NCBI GenBank assembly: GCA_041651115.1
Contig: JBAZJY010000004.1
Coordinates: forward strand, 14,114-78,113
Length of the DNA: 64,000 bases
Direction: 5' to 3'
Origin: Candidatus Omnitrophota bacterium
Lineage (GTDB): Bacteria > Omnitrophota > Gorgyraeia > Gygaellales > Profunditerraquicolaceae
Every line of letters begins with the position of its first letter. Positions within the stretch are counted from its first letter, which is position 1. A program made the position numbers and the translations under genes. Positions 56,139 to 64,000 of the stretch are shown piece after piece. The notes under the pieces are model-generated. The model was given only the letters and a program-made list of their open reading frames with translations. It did not search any database and was not told where the DNA came from.

Positions 56139-56878
56139 AAATAAGCGCAAAAGGCCTTAGTATCTGGTTTGGCAGCGTATACGCTTTGAAAAACGTTTCG
56201 CTGGATATCGCTGCCAATGAGATCTTAAGCGTGATCGGCCCGGCAAACAGCGGAAAGACTACCTTTTTACGTATGCTTAACCGGCTCAATGAACTCCAGC
56301 CGCATTTCCGCATGAGCGGTGAGATTAAATTTGATTCCGGAGATTTGACAAAGATTGATGTAGAGCAGGTGCGCAAAAAAGTCGGCATGGTCTTTGCCAT
56401 GCCTTCGCCGTTGCCGCTATCCATATTTGATAATGTTGCCTACGGAGCAAAAATGCACGGTATCAGCCAAAAGCAGAGGCAGCAGGAGATCGTAGAAAAG
56501 GCTTTAAAGAGCGCCTATCTCTGGGAAGAGGTAAAGGATAGGCTATTCGAATCGGCGTTTAAGTTATCCGGCGGACAGCAGCAGCGACTTTGTATTGCCA
56601 GGACCTTGGCGGTTGAACCGGAGGTTATTTTGTTTGACGAGCCCTGCTCCGGGCTTGACCCGATCTCTACCGCGAAAGTAGAAGACGCGATGCTTAAGCT
56701 TAAAAAAGAATATACCATCATTCTGGTGACTAATAACGTAAAACAGGCAGCGCGCGTGGGAGACCGCACGGCATTTTTTCTCTCGGGCGAGCTGATTGAG
56801 GTAGATAAGACGGATAAAATATTTACTGCGCCCGCGGACCAGCGCACAGATGGTTATATACGGGGAAAGTTCGGTTAG
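56132..56878 (+). CDS. pstB: Phosphate ABC transporter ATP-binding protein PstB, copy 1
   Basis: Walker A GPANSGKTT, the ABC signature LSGGQQQRLCIAR, and Walker B ILFDEP. Confidence 0.85.
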   Translation: MVKISAKGLSIWFGSVYALKNVSLDIAANEILSVIGPANSGKTTFLRMLNRLNELQPHFRMSGEIKFDSGDLTKIDVEQVRKKVGMVFAMPSPLPLSIFDNVAYGAKMHGISQKQRQQEIVEKALKSAYLWEEVKDRLFESAFKLSGGQQQRLCIARTLAVEPEVILFDEPCSGLDPISTAKVEDAMLKLKKEYTIILVTNNVKQAARVGDRTAFFLSGELIEVDKTDKIFTAPADQRTDGYIRGKFG

Positions 56879-56881
56879 CAT

Positions 56882-57637
56882 ATGTCAAAAATAATAACCA
56901 AAAGCCTTAATTTATGGTATGGCGATTTTCAGGCGCTGGAAAACATAAATTCTTCTTTCAGCGAAAAGAAGATCACTGCGATCATCGGGCCTTCAGGATG
57001 CGGCAAATCAACGCTGCTTCGGGTGTTTAACCGGATGAATGACCTTGTAGAAGGAGTGCGCGTAAAAGGCGAGGTCTTGATCGGCGGAGAAAATATCGTT
57101 TCTACCGAGGCAGATTTGGTTGGCTTGCGCAAAAAAGTGGGAATGGTTTTCCAGAGGCCGAATCCTTTCCCTTTATCGGTTTGTGAAAATATTGTTTTTG
57201 GGCCTAAGATCCATGGTATCATCAAGACCAGGGAACAGATGGAAGGCCTTGTTGAGGAAAGCCTGAAATCCGTGCTGCTTTGGGATGAATTGAAGGATAG
57301 GCTTGATAAGCCCGCGCTGCGCCTGTCGCTTGAACAAAAGCAAAGGCTTTGCATTGCCAGGCTTATCGCAGTCAAGCCGGATATTTTATTGATGGATGAG
57401 CCTTGTTCGTCGCTTGATCCCCAGGCAACCGGCCGCATTGAGGAATTAATGCGTGAACTTAAAAACAATTATACTATAATAATAGTTACCCATAACATGC
57501 AGCAGGCAGCGCGCATTTCCGATGATACGGGATTTATGCTTTTGGGAGAGTTGGTTGAGTTTGGCAGGACAGAAAATATTTTTACCGCGCCGCAAGATAA
57601 GCGCACTGAAGATTATATAACTGGAAGGTATGGATAA
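56882..57637 (+). CDS. pstB: Phosphate ABC transporter ATP-binding protein PstB, copy 2
   Basis: Walker [10 protein letters not shown], the signature [13 protein letters not shown], and Walker B LLMDEP. Confidence 0.85.
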   Translation: MSKIITKSLNLWYGDFQALENINSSFSEKKITAIIGPSGCGKSTLLRVFNRMNDLVEGVRVKGEVLIGGENIVSTEADLVGLRKKVGMVFQRPNPFPLSVCENIVFGPKIHGIIKTREQMEGLVEESLKSVLLWDELKDRLDKPALRLSLEQKQRLCIARLIAVKPDILLMDEPCSSLDPQATGRIEELMRELKNNYTIIIVTHNMQQAARISDDTGFMLLGELVEFGRTENIFTAPQDKRTEDYITGRYG

Positions 57638-57649
57638 AGGCGGGAGGCA

Positions 57650-58321
57650 ATGATGCAGAGGCATTTAGATGAAGAATTGAAAGAGTTACATAAAGATATC
57701 CTGAAAATGGGAGTTATGGTCCAGGAAGAAATTTATAAATCCGTAGAGGCGCTTAAAGACCGCGAAAGGCAAAAGGCCCAGGAAGTGATCAGCGCAGACT
57801 CAAGGATTGACGAATTGGAACTGGTAATTGACGAGAAATGCATTGATCTGATCGCCCGTTACCAGCCGATGGCAGGCGACTTGCGGTTTATTACGACAGG
57901 CATGAAGATAAACGCCGAACTTGAACGTATTGCCGATATTGCCGTGGATATTTCGCAGCGCGTTCTGGAATTGGTGGATAAGCCGCTCTTAAAGCCGCTT
58001 GTTGACATACCGAAATTATCGGCAATTGCCCAAAGAATGGTTGCTGAAGCAATAGACGCCTTTGTGAATAAAGACGCGGAGCTTGCCAAGAATGTGGTCT
58101 TATCCGATTCCGAAGCAGACAAACTCAAAGATTCAGTGCAGGATGAGCTTATTAATGATTATCTGGCAAAAGATGCCAAAACCGCTGACCGCGCAGTGCC
58201 GCTGCTTTTGATCTGCCGGTATCTTGAGCGTATCTGCGATCACGCCACAAATATCGCCGAAGATGTGATCTATATGGTCCAGGCAAAAGTTGTGCGCCAT
58301 CATCCCGAGCAGCTAAAATAA
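57650..58321 (+). CDS. phoU: Phosphate signalling regulator PhoU
   Basis: A duplicated PhoU helical-bundle repeat with the metal-site-like motifs E..DxxxD (ERIADIAVD and ERICDHATNIAED). Confidence 0.8.
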   Translation: MMQRHLDEELKELHKDILKMGVMVQEEIYKSVEALKDRERQKAQEVISADSRIDELELVIDEKCIDLIARYQPMAGDLRFITTGMKINAELERIADIAVDISQRVLELVDKPLLKPLVDIPKLSAIAQRMVAEAIDAFVNKDAELAKNVVLSDSEADKLKDSVQDELINDYLAKDAKTADRAVPLLLICRYLERICDHATNIAEDVIYMVQAKVVRHHPEQLK

Positions 58322-58350
58322 CTTCATTCTCGGGATCAGTGGAGTTGAAA

Positions 58351-59043
58351 ATGTCTCAGGAAAGAATATTGGTAGTTGAAGACGACAAACATATTATCAA
58401 GCTGCTTAAATATAATTTAGAAAAAGCAGGTTTTTCCTGTTTTACGGTAGAGAATGGTGAAGCGGCATTGGATCTTTTATCCGGCAAACAGGTTGATTTG
58501 GTTATTTTGGATATCATGCTGCCCAAAATGGACGGTTTTGAGGCCTGCCGCATGATAAAACAAAATATAAAGCTTAAGAGTATACCTATTATTATGCTTA
58601 CTGCCAAAGGAGAAGAAGTGGACCGGGTTGTCGGCCTTGAGTTGGGAGCGGATGATTATGTGGTAAAGCCGTTCAGCCCAAGAGAGCTTATTCTGCGCAT
58701 CAAGGCAATCTTAAAGAGGGGGACAGCTCCGCAACACCTGCCGGAAGAGATTATAAAGAAAGGCGAGCTTGCCATTGACGTTCCTAAACATCGGGTCATG
58801 GTTTCCGGAAAAGAAATTGAGCTTACCCCTATGGAATTTAAGCTCTTGGTTACGCTTGTTGAAAGGGCAGGCCGCGTGCAGCAGCGCGACCGCCTGCTTT
58901 CCGATATTTGGGACCTGCATTCCGGGGTATATACCCGCACCGTAGATACTCATATTAAGCGCCTAAGAGAAAAACTTGGGCGTGCCGGCAGCCACATTGA
59001 AACAGTCCGTGGCCTGGGCTACCGTTTCAAAATCCGGCCTTAA
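58351..59043 (+). CDS. OmpR-family response regulator, paralogue 2. The start is taken at the ATG that has a GGAG-N6 ribosome-binding site.
   Basis: REC domain (ILVVEDD...DLVILDIMLPKMDG) plus a winged-helix domain (...RTVDTHIKRLREKL...GYRF). Confidence 0.75.
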   Translation: MSQERILVVEDDKHIIKLLKYNLEKAGFSCFTVENGEAALDLLSGKQVDLVILDIMLPKMDGFEACRMIKQNIKLKSIPIIMLTAKGEEVDRVVGLELGADDYVVKPFSPRELILRIKAILKRGTAPQHLPEEIIKKGELAIDVPKHRVMVSGKEIELTPMEFKLLVTLVERAGRVQQRDRLLSDIWDLHSGVYTRTVDTHIKRLREKLGRAGSHIETVRGLGYRFKIRP

Positions 59044-59065
59044 GATCCTTTCGCGGAGTTTAAAG

Positions 59066-59119
59066 TTCACAGAAAATTCACATTACCTTAATGATTTTGT
59101 AACCTTCCTGCAGTATACT
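59066..59119 (+). promoter_or_regulatory. Candidate Pho-box promoter: TTCACA-GAAAA-TTCACA at 59066-59082 and a -10 TATACT at 59114-59119
   Basis: It is a perfect hexamer direct repeat with a 5-nt spacer, and the -10 lies about 30 bp downstream. Confidence 0.4.
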
Positions 59120-59156
59120 CCTCTTGAAGATGGAAAAACAATTCAAGAGGAGCCAC

Positions 59157-59861
59157 ATGCCTTCTTCCATCACCAAGAAAAAAATCCTGATTGTCGACGA
59201 TGAAAAGGAATTAGTAAGGCTGATCTCTTTTCATATGGGTATTGCCGGATACGCGGTGGTTGCCGCATATGACGGCATAGAGGCGCTTGAAGTTTGTAAG
59301 CGTCATAAACCCGACTTGGTGGTCCTGGATGTTTTGCTGCCCCGCATTGACGGCTGGGAAGTTTGTCGCCGCCTTAGAAATGACCCCAAAACGAGGAATA
59401 TTCCCATTATCATGCTTAGCGCGCTTTCAGAAGTGAATAACAAATTAAAGGGCTTTGGCCTGGGCGCGGATGATTATGTAACCAAACCCTTTAGCCCAAG
59501 AGAACTGGTAGCGCGGGTAAAAAGGGTGCTTTTGCGCAGCCAGTCCGGCCCGGCTGCTGTAAAAAGCATCGCGGCCGGACAGGCGCGGATTAATATGGAA
59601 GATTTTAGCGTGTGGCGAGCCGGCCGGCAGGTTGCCTTAACAGAAAAAGAAACAAGTATCCTTAAGTTGTTGGTTAGTGAACCAGGCAGGGTATTTAGCC
59701 ACAGCCAGATACTGGACGCAGTCTGGGGCGAGGACAATATCGTGGAATACGCTAATATTGACGTGCATATAAGCCATTTAAGGGAGAAGATCGAGAAGGA
59801 CCCGCAGAACCCGCGGGCGATTAAGACGGTTAAGGGGGAAGGGTACAAATTTGAAGGGTGA
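59157..59861 (+). CDS. OmpR-family response regulator, paralogue 3
   Basis: REC domain ([18 protein letters not shown]...DLVVLDVLLPRIDG) plus a winged-helix domain. The ATG has an AAGAGGAG ribosome-binding site. The in-frame upstream ATG at 59124 is less well supported. Confidence 0.7.
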   Translation: MPSSITKKKILIVDDEKELVRLISFHMGIAGYAVVAAYDGIEALEVCKRHKPDLVVLDVLLPRIDGWEVCRRLRNDPKTRNIPIIMLSALSEVNNKLKGFGLGADDYVTKPFSPRELVARVKRVLLRSQSGPAAVKSIAAGQARINMEDFSVWRAGRQVALTEKETSILKLLVSEPGRVFSHSQILDAVWGEDNIVEYANIDVHISHLREKIEKDPQNPRAIKTVKGEGYKFEG

Positions 59862-59924
59862 TATCCTTTCGCGGAGCTCAAGGATCAATCAAATGCGAAG
59901 CGCCGGAGGCCGCATTTGATTGAG

Positions 59925-59941
59925 TTCACAGAAAGTTCACG
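59925..59941 (+). promoter_or_regulatory. Third copy of the hexamer direct repeat, TTCACA-GAAAG-TTCACG, upstream of the receiver, porin and pstS2 unit
   Basis: Read from the sequence. It lies in an intergenic region that is a diverged duplicate of 59044-59123. Confidence 0.35.
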
Positions 59942-60154
59942 TTGCTTTAAGGATTTTGTCACACGCTTATTGTAGACTTTGATTGAATAAAAGAAAGCTT
60001 GCCCGCCTACGGCGGGGAGAGGGAGAGAGAAAATGAAGAAAGCAATCCGGAAGTTATTCAAGAATATCGTAAACAAACTAATGGCGGCTATTGACGAAGA
60101 AATAACGGTGATGGACGCATTTTATCAACAATACGCTTAGCGGACGGGTAGATT

Positions 60155-60613
60155 ATGGATACAAATATTATTAAGGAAAGAAAAAACCGGATAATGGTTG
60201 TTGAGGATGATGCCGATATCAATCGCCTTATTTCTTACAACCTTTCTAGAAGCGGCTTTAATTCCGAAGCGGCTTATGACGGTAACGAGGCCAAGGAAAA
60301 ACTCAATAACGAAGTCTTTGATGTCGTAATCCTGGATATTATGCTTCCGGGTATAGACGGCTTCCGTATTTGCAAGGCGATTAAGGAAAATCCCGCTGCC
60401 TTTAAGACATTTGTGGTGATGCTTACTGCGCGGGTTGAGCCGCAGGATAAGATCTATGCCAATCTTATCGGCGCGGACTGCTATCTTACCAAGCCGTTCA
60501 ACGTAACGGAGCTTATGGAAACCATCAAGGGCTTGGTGGACTTGAGAGAGAGGCAGTATTCTATCTGCCCGGATAAAACAATGCAAAAGTATGTAAAGCG
60601 TATCAACAACTAA
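60155..60613 (+). CDS. Single-domain response-regulator receiver protein resembling CheY
   Basis: IMVVEDDADINRLISYNL...DVVILDIMLPGIDGFRICK...KPF. There is no output domain. Confidence 0.7.
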   Translation: MDTNIIKERKNRIMVVEDDADINRLISYNLSRSGFNSEAAYDGNEAKEKLNNEVFDVVILDIMLPGIDGFRICKAIKENPAAFKTFVVMLTARVEPQDKIYANLIGADCYLTKPFNVTELMETIKGLVDLRERQYSICPDKTMQKYVKRINN

Positions 60614-60631
60614 GAAAGGAGAGGAGTAGAG

Positions 60632-61891
60632 ATGAAAAAGTTTTTTGCAATAATGCTAATAGCCGTAATGCTCGCATCCATATCAGGGGTGCGTCTTTCT
60701 TATGCCGGCGAGATTGATCTTTTGCTGCAAAAATTAGTGGAAAAAGGAGTGCTCACTCCCGGTGAAGCGCAACAAATCGGCACGGAAACTAAAGAACAGG
60801 TGAAAAAAGAAATTGCCGAAGGAAAATATTCTTCGCTTCCGTCCTGGGCGCAGAATATAAAGCTAAAAGGCGATTTCCGTTTAAGGTTCCAGAGCCTCCA
60901 CGAAAAAAACACCCGCGATATCGGTAAAGATACCACTATCGGGCGTATCCGCGTGCGCCTTGGTTTAGAAGGCAAAGTAAATGATAAGCTTAAAGTAGGC
61001 GTTGGTATAGCTACAGGCAGCGGAGACCCCCGTTCCACGAATATCACCCTTGGCGGATCTCAGGCAAAGAAAACAGTAATCCTGGATTATGCCTATGCCA
61101 AGTATGACCATCGGCCATGGCTTAGCCTTGCCGGCGGTAAAATGCTCTTAAGTGACGTACTCTGGGAGCCTACTGATTTGATCTGGGATACGGATATAAC
61201 TCCGGAAGGCGCCAGCATCGGGCTTCAAAAGGCATTGGGCCCTGATACATCGGTATTTTTGAAAACCGGGCCGCTGGTGATAGTTGAAGATACCAGCACT
61301 ATCTCAGGCGCTATGGCATACCTTGCGCAGCCGGGGATAACACACAATTTTAGCAGTAATCTTTCGTTAAAGGCTGCTCTTACCTATGCATATTTCCAAA
61401 TGAAAGATTCAGTCGCATCAAGCTATTCTAAAGGCCAAAATACCAAAAACGGCACAAGCTACAGGTATAATTACAGCATACTTAATCCTGCTTTAGAGTT
61501 TTCATTAAAAGAACCTTTTAAGGCAGTAGGGTTAAACGTGGAAAGCCTGAAGCTGTTTGGCGAATATGTGAATAACCTGCAGGTTGCCAAGAAAAATACC
61601 GGTCTTTCCGCCGGGCTGCAGTTTGGAAATGCCAAGGTCGAAAAATGGGGCGATTGGCAATTCAGGTACGTATATGCCATGCTGGAAAAGGACTCTGTAT
61701 TGGATATTCTGCCGGATTCCGATCGCTATAGTGGCAAAACCGGTATGAGAAGCCATGAGGCCAGTATCAATTTCGGGTTGGCCAAGAACACATCTATAGG
61801 GGTGGATGTCTATCGTTCATGGAATATCGTAGGGACAGCAACAAAGGCCCCGGAAACCCTGGTCCAGGTTGACTGGAATATGAAGTTCTAG
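60632..61891 (+). CDS. Outer-membrane beta-barrel porin, possibly a phosphate-selective porin of the OprO/OprP type
   Basis: A signal peptide, an N-terminal helical segment, alternating amphipathic beta-strands and a C-terminal ...NMKF. It is embedded between Pho-regulon genes. Confidence 0.4.
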   Translation: MKKFFAIMLIAVMLASISGVRLSYAGEIDLLLQKLVEKGVLTPGEAQQIGTETKEQVKKEIAEGKYSSLPSWAQNIKLKGDFRLRFQSLHEKNTRDIGKDTTIGRIRVRLGLEGKVNDKLKVGVGIATGSGDPRSTNITLGGSQAKKTVILDYAYAKYDHRPWLSLAGGKMLLSDVLWEPTDLIWDTDITPEGASIGLQKALGPDTSVFLKTGPLVIVEDTSTISGAMAYLAQPGITHNFSSNLSLKAALTYAYFQMKDSVASSYSKGQNTKNGTSYRYNYSILNPALEFSLKEPFKAVGLNVESLKLFGEYVNNLQVAKKNTGLSAGLQFGNAKVEKWGDWQFRYVYAMLEKDSVLDILPDSDRYSGKTGMRSHEASINFGLAKNTSIGVDVYRSWNIVGTATKAPETLVQVDWNMKF

Positions 61892-61906
61892 AAGAGAGGA
61901 GATGCA

Positions 61907-62719
61907 ATGAAAGTTTTTGGTAAAGTATGGGTATTAACGTTGCTGGCGCTGGGTTTTGCCCTGCCCTGCTATGCAGAAAAGATTGTAGTTGCAGGATCAA
62001 CTACGGTCCTGCCTATCGCGCAGAAAGCAGCGGAAGTGTTTATGGATAAGAATTCGTCTGCCGATATATCAGTGCGCGGCGGCGGATCAAGCGTAGGCAT
62101 TGCTTCTTTGATCGACGGCACCTGCGATATTGCCGATGCTTCCCGCGCGATCAAGGATGCGGAACTTGATAAAGCAGTATCCAACGGCAGGAGCCCAAAG
62201 GCGCATGTTGTTGCCATGGACGGTATCTGTGTAGTCGTGCATCCGTCAAATGATATAAGCGCATTAAGCAGTAAGCAGATCAAGGATATTTTTACCGGAG
62301 CTGTTTCTAACTGGAAAGATGTCGGAGGCTCCGATGAAAAGATCGTGGTGATTGCCCGCGACAGTGCAAGCGGTACTTTTGAGGCCTTTGGAGAACTGGT
62401 GTTAAAGGGAGGCAAGACCAGGCCTGACGCGCTCTTACAGGCTTCCAATCAGGCAGTTGCTTCTACGGTCTCCCGGACCACCGGTGCCATCGGTTATATT
62501 GGATTAGGATATGTGACTTCTGCTGTTAAGGCGCTTGTGGTTGATGGCGTTGAAGCGAGCAAAAAGACCGTGCTTACCGGAGAATATCCTGTCGGCAGGC
62601 CGCTATTCATGTATACCAACGGCGCACCTAAGGGCTTGATAAAGGAGTTTATTGATTTTATCTTGAGCCAGGAAGGCCAGAAATTAGCCGAAGAAGAAGG
62701 GTTTGTGGGACTGAAATAG
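61907..62719 (+). CDS. pstS: Phosphate ABC transporter substrate-binding protein PstS, copy 2
   Basis: Paralogous to 53568-54419 (VAGSTTVLPIAQKAAE...GGGSSVG...DGTCDIA). Confidence 0.8.
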   Translation: MKVFGKVWVLTLLALGFALPCYAEKIVVAGSTTVLPIAQKAAEVFMDKNSSADISVRGGGSSVGIASLIDGTCDIADASRAIKDAELDKAVSNGRSPKAHVVAMDGICVVVHPSNDISALSSKQIKDIFTGAVSNWKDVGGSDEKIVVIARDSASGTFEAFGELVLKGGKTRPDALLQASNQAVASTVSRTTGAIGYIGLGYVTSAVKALVVDGVEASKKTVLTGEYPVGRPLFMYTNGAPKGLIKEFIDFILSQEGQKLAEEEGFVGLK

Positions 62720-63609
62720 TGACAAAAGGACAGGTAAAAGAAAAAGCATATAAATGGACATTCACGATCCTGGCATTTTCATCATTGGTATTCCTCACCG
62801 GGATCGTGATTGTCCTTTTTAAAGAAGGCTTGCCGATATTTAAAAAAATAAGCGTATTGCAATTTTTAGGCGGCCGCGCGTGGTATCCTACATATTCGAC
62901 TCCGGAATTCGGCATCCTGCCTTTAATATCGGCATCGGCATTGGTAACGCTGGGCGCGGCATTTGTTTGCGTGCCTTTAGGCGTAGGAAGCGCCCTGTAT
63001 CTGCACGAATTGGCAAGCCACAGGCAGCGCGCGATCCTCAAGCCTTTGATCGAACTGTTGGCAAGCATCCCTTCTGTTGTCTATGGTTTTTTCGGCATGG
63101 TTGTGCTTACTCCGATATTACAGGACATCTTCCATCTACCTACCGGGCTTTGCGCTTTGAACGCGAGCATCGTATTGGGGATAATGGCAACTCCTACAGT
63201 ATGCAGTTTAGCAGACGATGCTTTGAATTATGTGCCTAAGGCATTCCGCGAGGCATCTTTTGCCGTAGGCGCGAACCGCTGGCAAACCCTGACACGGGTA
63301 GTGATCCCGGCGGCAGGCTCAGGGATCTCTACTGCCATAATTTTAGGGATGAGCCGGGCAATCGGAGAGACTATGACCGTATTAATGGTTGCCGGAGGAG
63401 CGGCAATGATCCCGCATTCCTTTTTCGAACCGGTCAGGCCGATGACTGCTACGATCGCCGCGGAAATGGGCGAGGCGCCGATGGGAGGGGACCATTACCA
63501 CGCTTTATTTGCCATTGCCCTGGTTTTATTTATGGTGACTTTCATTTTTAACATTGCCGCAGAAATGATCAGCCGGCGTTTCCGCATAAAGTTAGGATTG
63601 AGCGGATGA
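62719..63609 (+). CDS. pstC: Phosphate ABC transporter permease PstC, copy 2
   Basis: Paralogous to 54427-55290. An ATGA overlap joins it to the next gene. Confidence 0.8.
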   Translation: MTKGQVKEKAYKWTFTILAFSSLVFLTGIVIVLFKEGLPIFKKISVLQFLGGRAWYPTYSTPEFGILPLISASALVTLGAAFVCVPLGVGSALYLHELASHRQRAILKPLIELLASIPSVVYGFFGMVVLTPILQDIFHLPTGLCALNASIVLGIMATPTVCSLADDALNYVPKAFREASFAVGANRWQTLTRVVIPAAGSGISTAIILGMSRAIGETMTVLMVAGGAAMIPHSFFEPVRPMTATIAAEMGEAPMGGDHYHALFAIALVLFMVTFIFNIAAEMISRRFRIKLGLSG

Positions 63610-64000
63610 GGGCCAAGCTTACGCAAAAACTGGGATTCTTTCTGCTATTCTTTTGTATAGCAGCTACGCTTTTATGTTTGGGATCAATCATTTATTTTAT
63701 TGCCTCCAGAGGGATTAAGGTAATATCATGGGAATTTCTTACTCAAGGGCCGCGGATGAGCATGACGCAGGGAGGGGTTGCCCCGGCAATCGTCGGCACG
63801 CTTTATTTGACGCTGGGCGCGATCATCTTCGCCCTTCCGTTAGGTTTAGCCTGCGCAATATACCTCTGTGAATATTCACCTAAAGGCTTTGTGGTCAATA
63901 TTATCAGGATCAGCATTAATAATCTTGCCGGAGTGCCGTCCGTAGTATTCGGTTTATTCGGCTTAGCGGTATTCGTGAAATTCTTTGGGTTCGGGGTATC
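63606..64000 (+). CDS. pstA: Phosphate ABC transporter permease PstA, copy 2. It is 3'-truncated by the window end.
   Basis: [23 protein letters not shown]...[26 protein letters not shown]... is paralogous to the 55290 PstA. The frame is open to position 64000. Confidence 0.7.
   Translation, partial: MRAKLTQKLGFFLLFFCIAATLLCLGSIIYFIASRGIKVISWEFLTQGPRMSMTQGGVAPAIVGTLYLTLGAIIFALPLGLACAIYLCEYSPKGFVVNIIRISINNLAGVPSVVFGLFGLAVFVKFFGFGV

Overview
The window has two very different halves. (1) Positions 1-29721 form one uninterrupted plus-strand reading frame with no in-frame stop in any of its 9,907 codons. It is still open at the window's 5' edge, so the gene is longer than 29.7 kb. Its product is a mosaic of about 27 modules. 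Each module boundary is marked by the same in-frame Ser-Ser-Pro-(Val/Leu/Ile/Ala) junction. Of the 27 junctions, 17 share the identical 8-mer AGCTCGCC and 12 share the 10-mer AGCTCGCCGG. The modules carry unrelated domains: an HD domain of the RelA/SpoT type, HAD hydrolases, a CheB-like methylesterase, a subtilisin-like fragment, an aldose epimerase, a DHH phosphoesterase, an ATP-grasp-like region, ribulose-phosphate epimerase plus RpiB, an M23 peptidase, a CBM48-like domain, a SAM methyltransferase, an HExxH module, two sigma-70 region-2-like segments and an FxFxYP repeat family. Several modules begin with a fossil Tat or Sec signal peptide that is now internal, and several catalytic sites are degenerate. 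This architecture is the candidate novel system in the window. I cannot exclude an assembly or synthetic concatenation artefact, and I say how to test that below. (2) Positions 29.7-64 kb look like ordinary bacterial chromosome. They encode a tandem PilZ protein, a sugar ABC transporter with two clan GH-A glycoside hydrolases and a tandem CBM-like protein, ROK and LacI regulators, a class II (B12-dependent) ribonucleotide reductase NrdJ, an IS200/IS605-type HUH transposase with palindromic ends, and two solo about-80-bp palindromic derivatives of those ends. They also encode MnmG, a QueG-like Fe-S protein, and a large phosphate-acquisition island: PiT plus a DUF47 protein, PhoB/PhoR, pstSCAB-B-phoU, two more OmpR-type response regulators, a receiver-only protein, a porin, and a second pstSCA that is cut by the window end. 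Direct repeats of the TTHACA-N5-TTHACA type, resembling the Bacillus PhoP box, lie upstream of three of these units.
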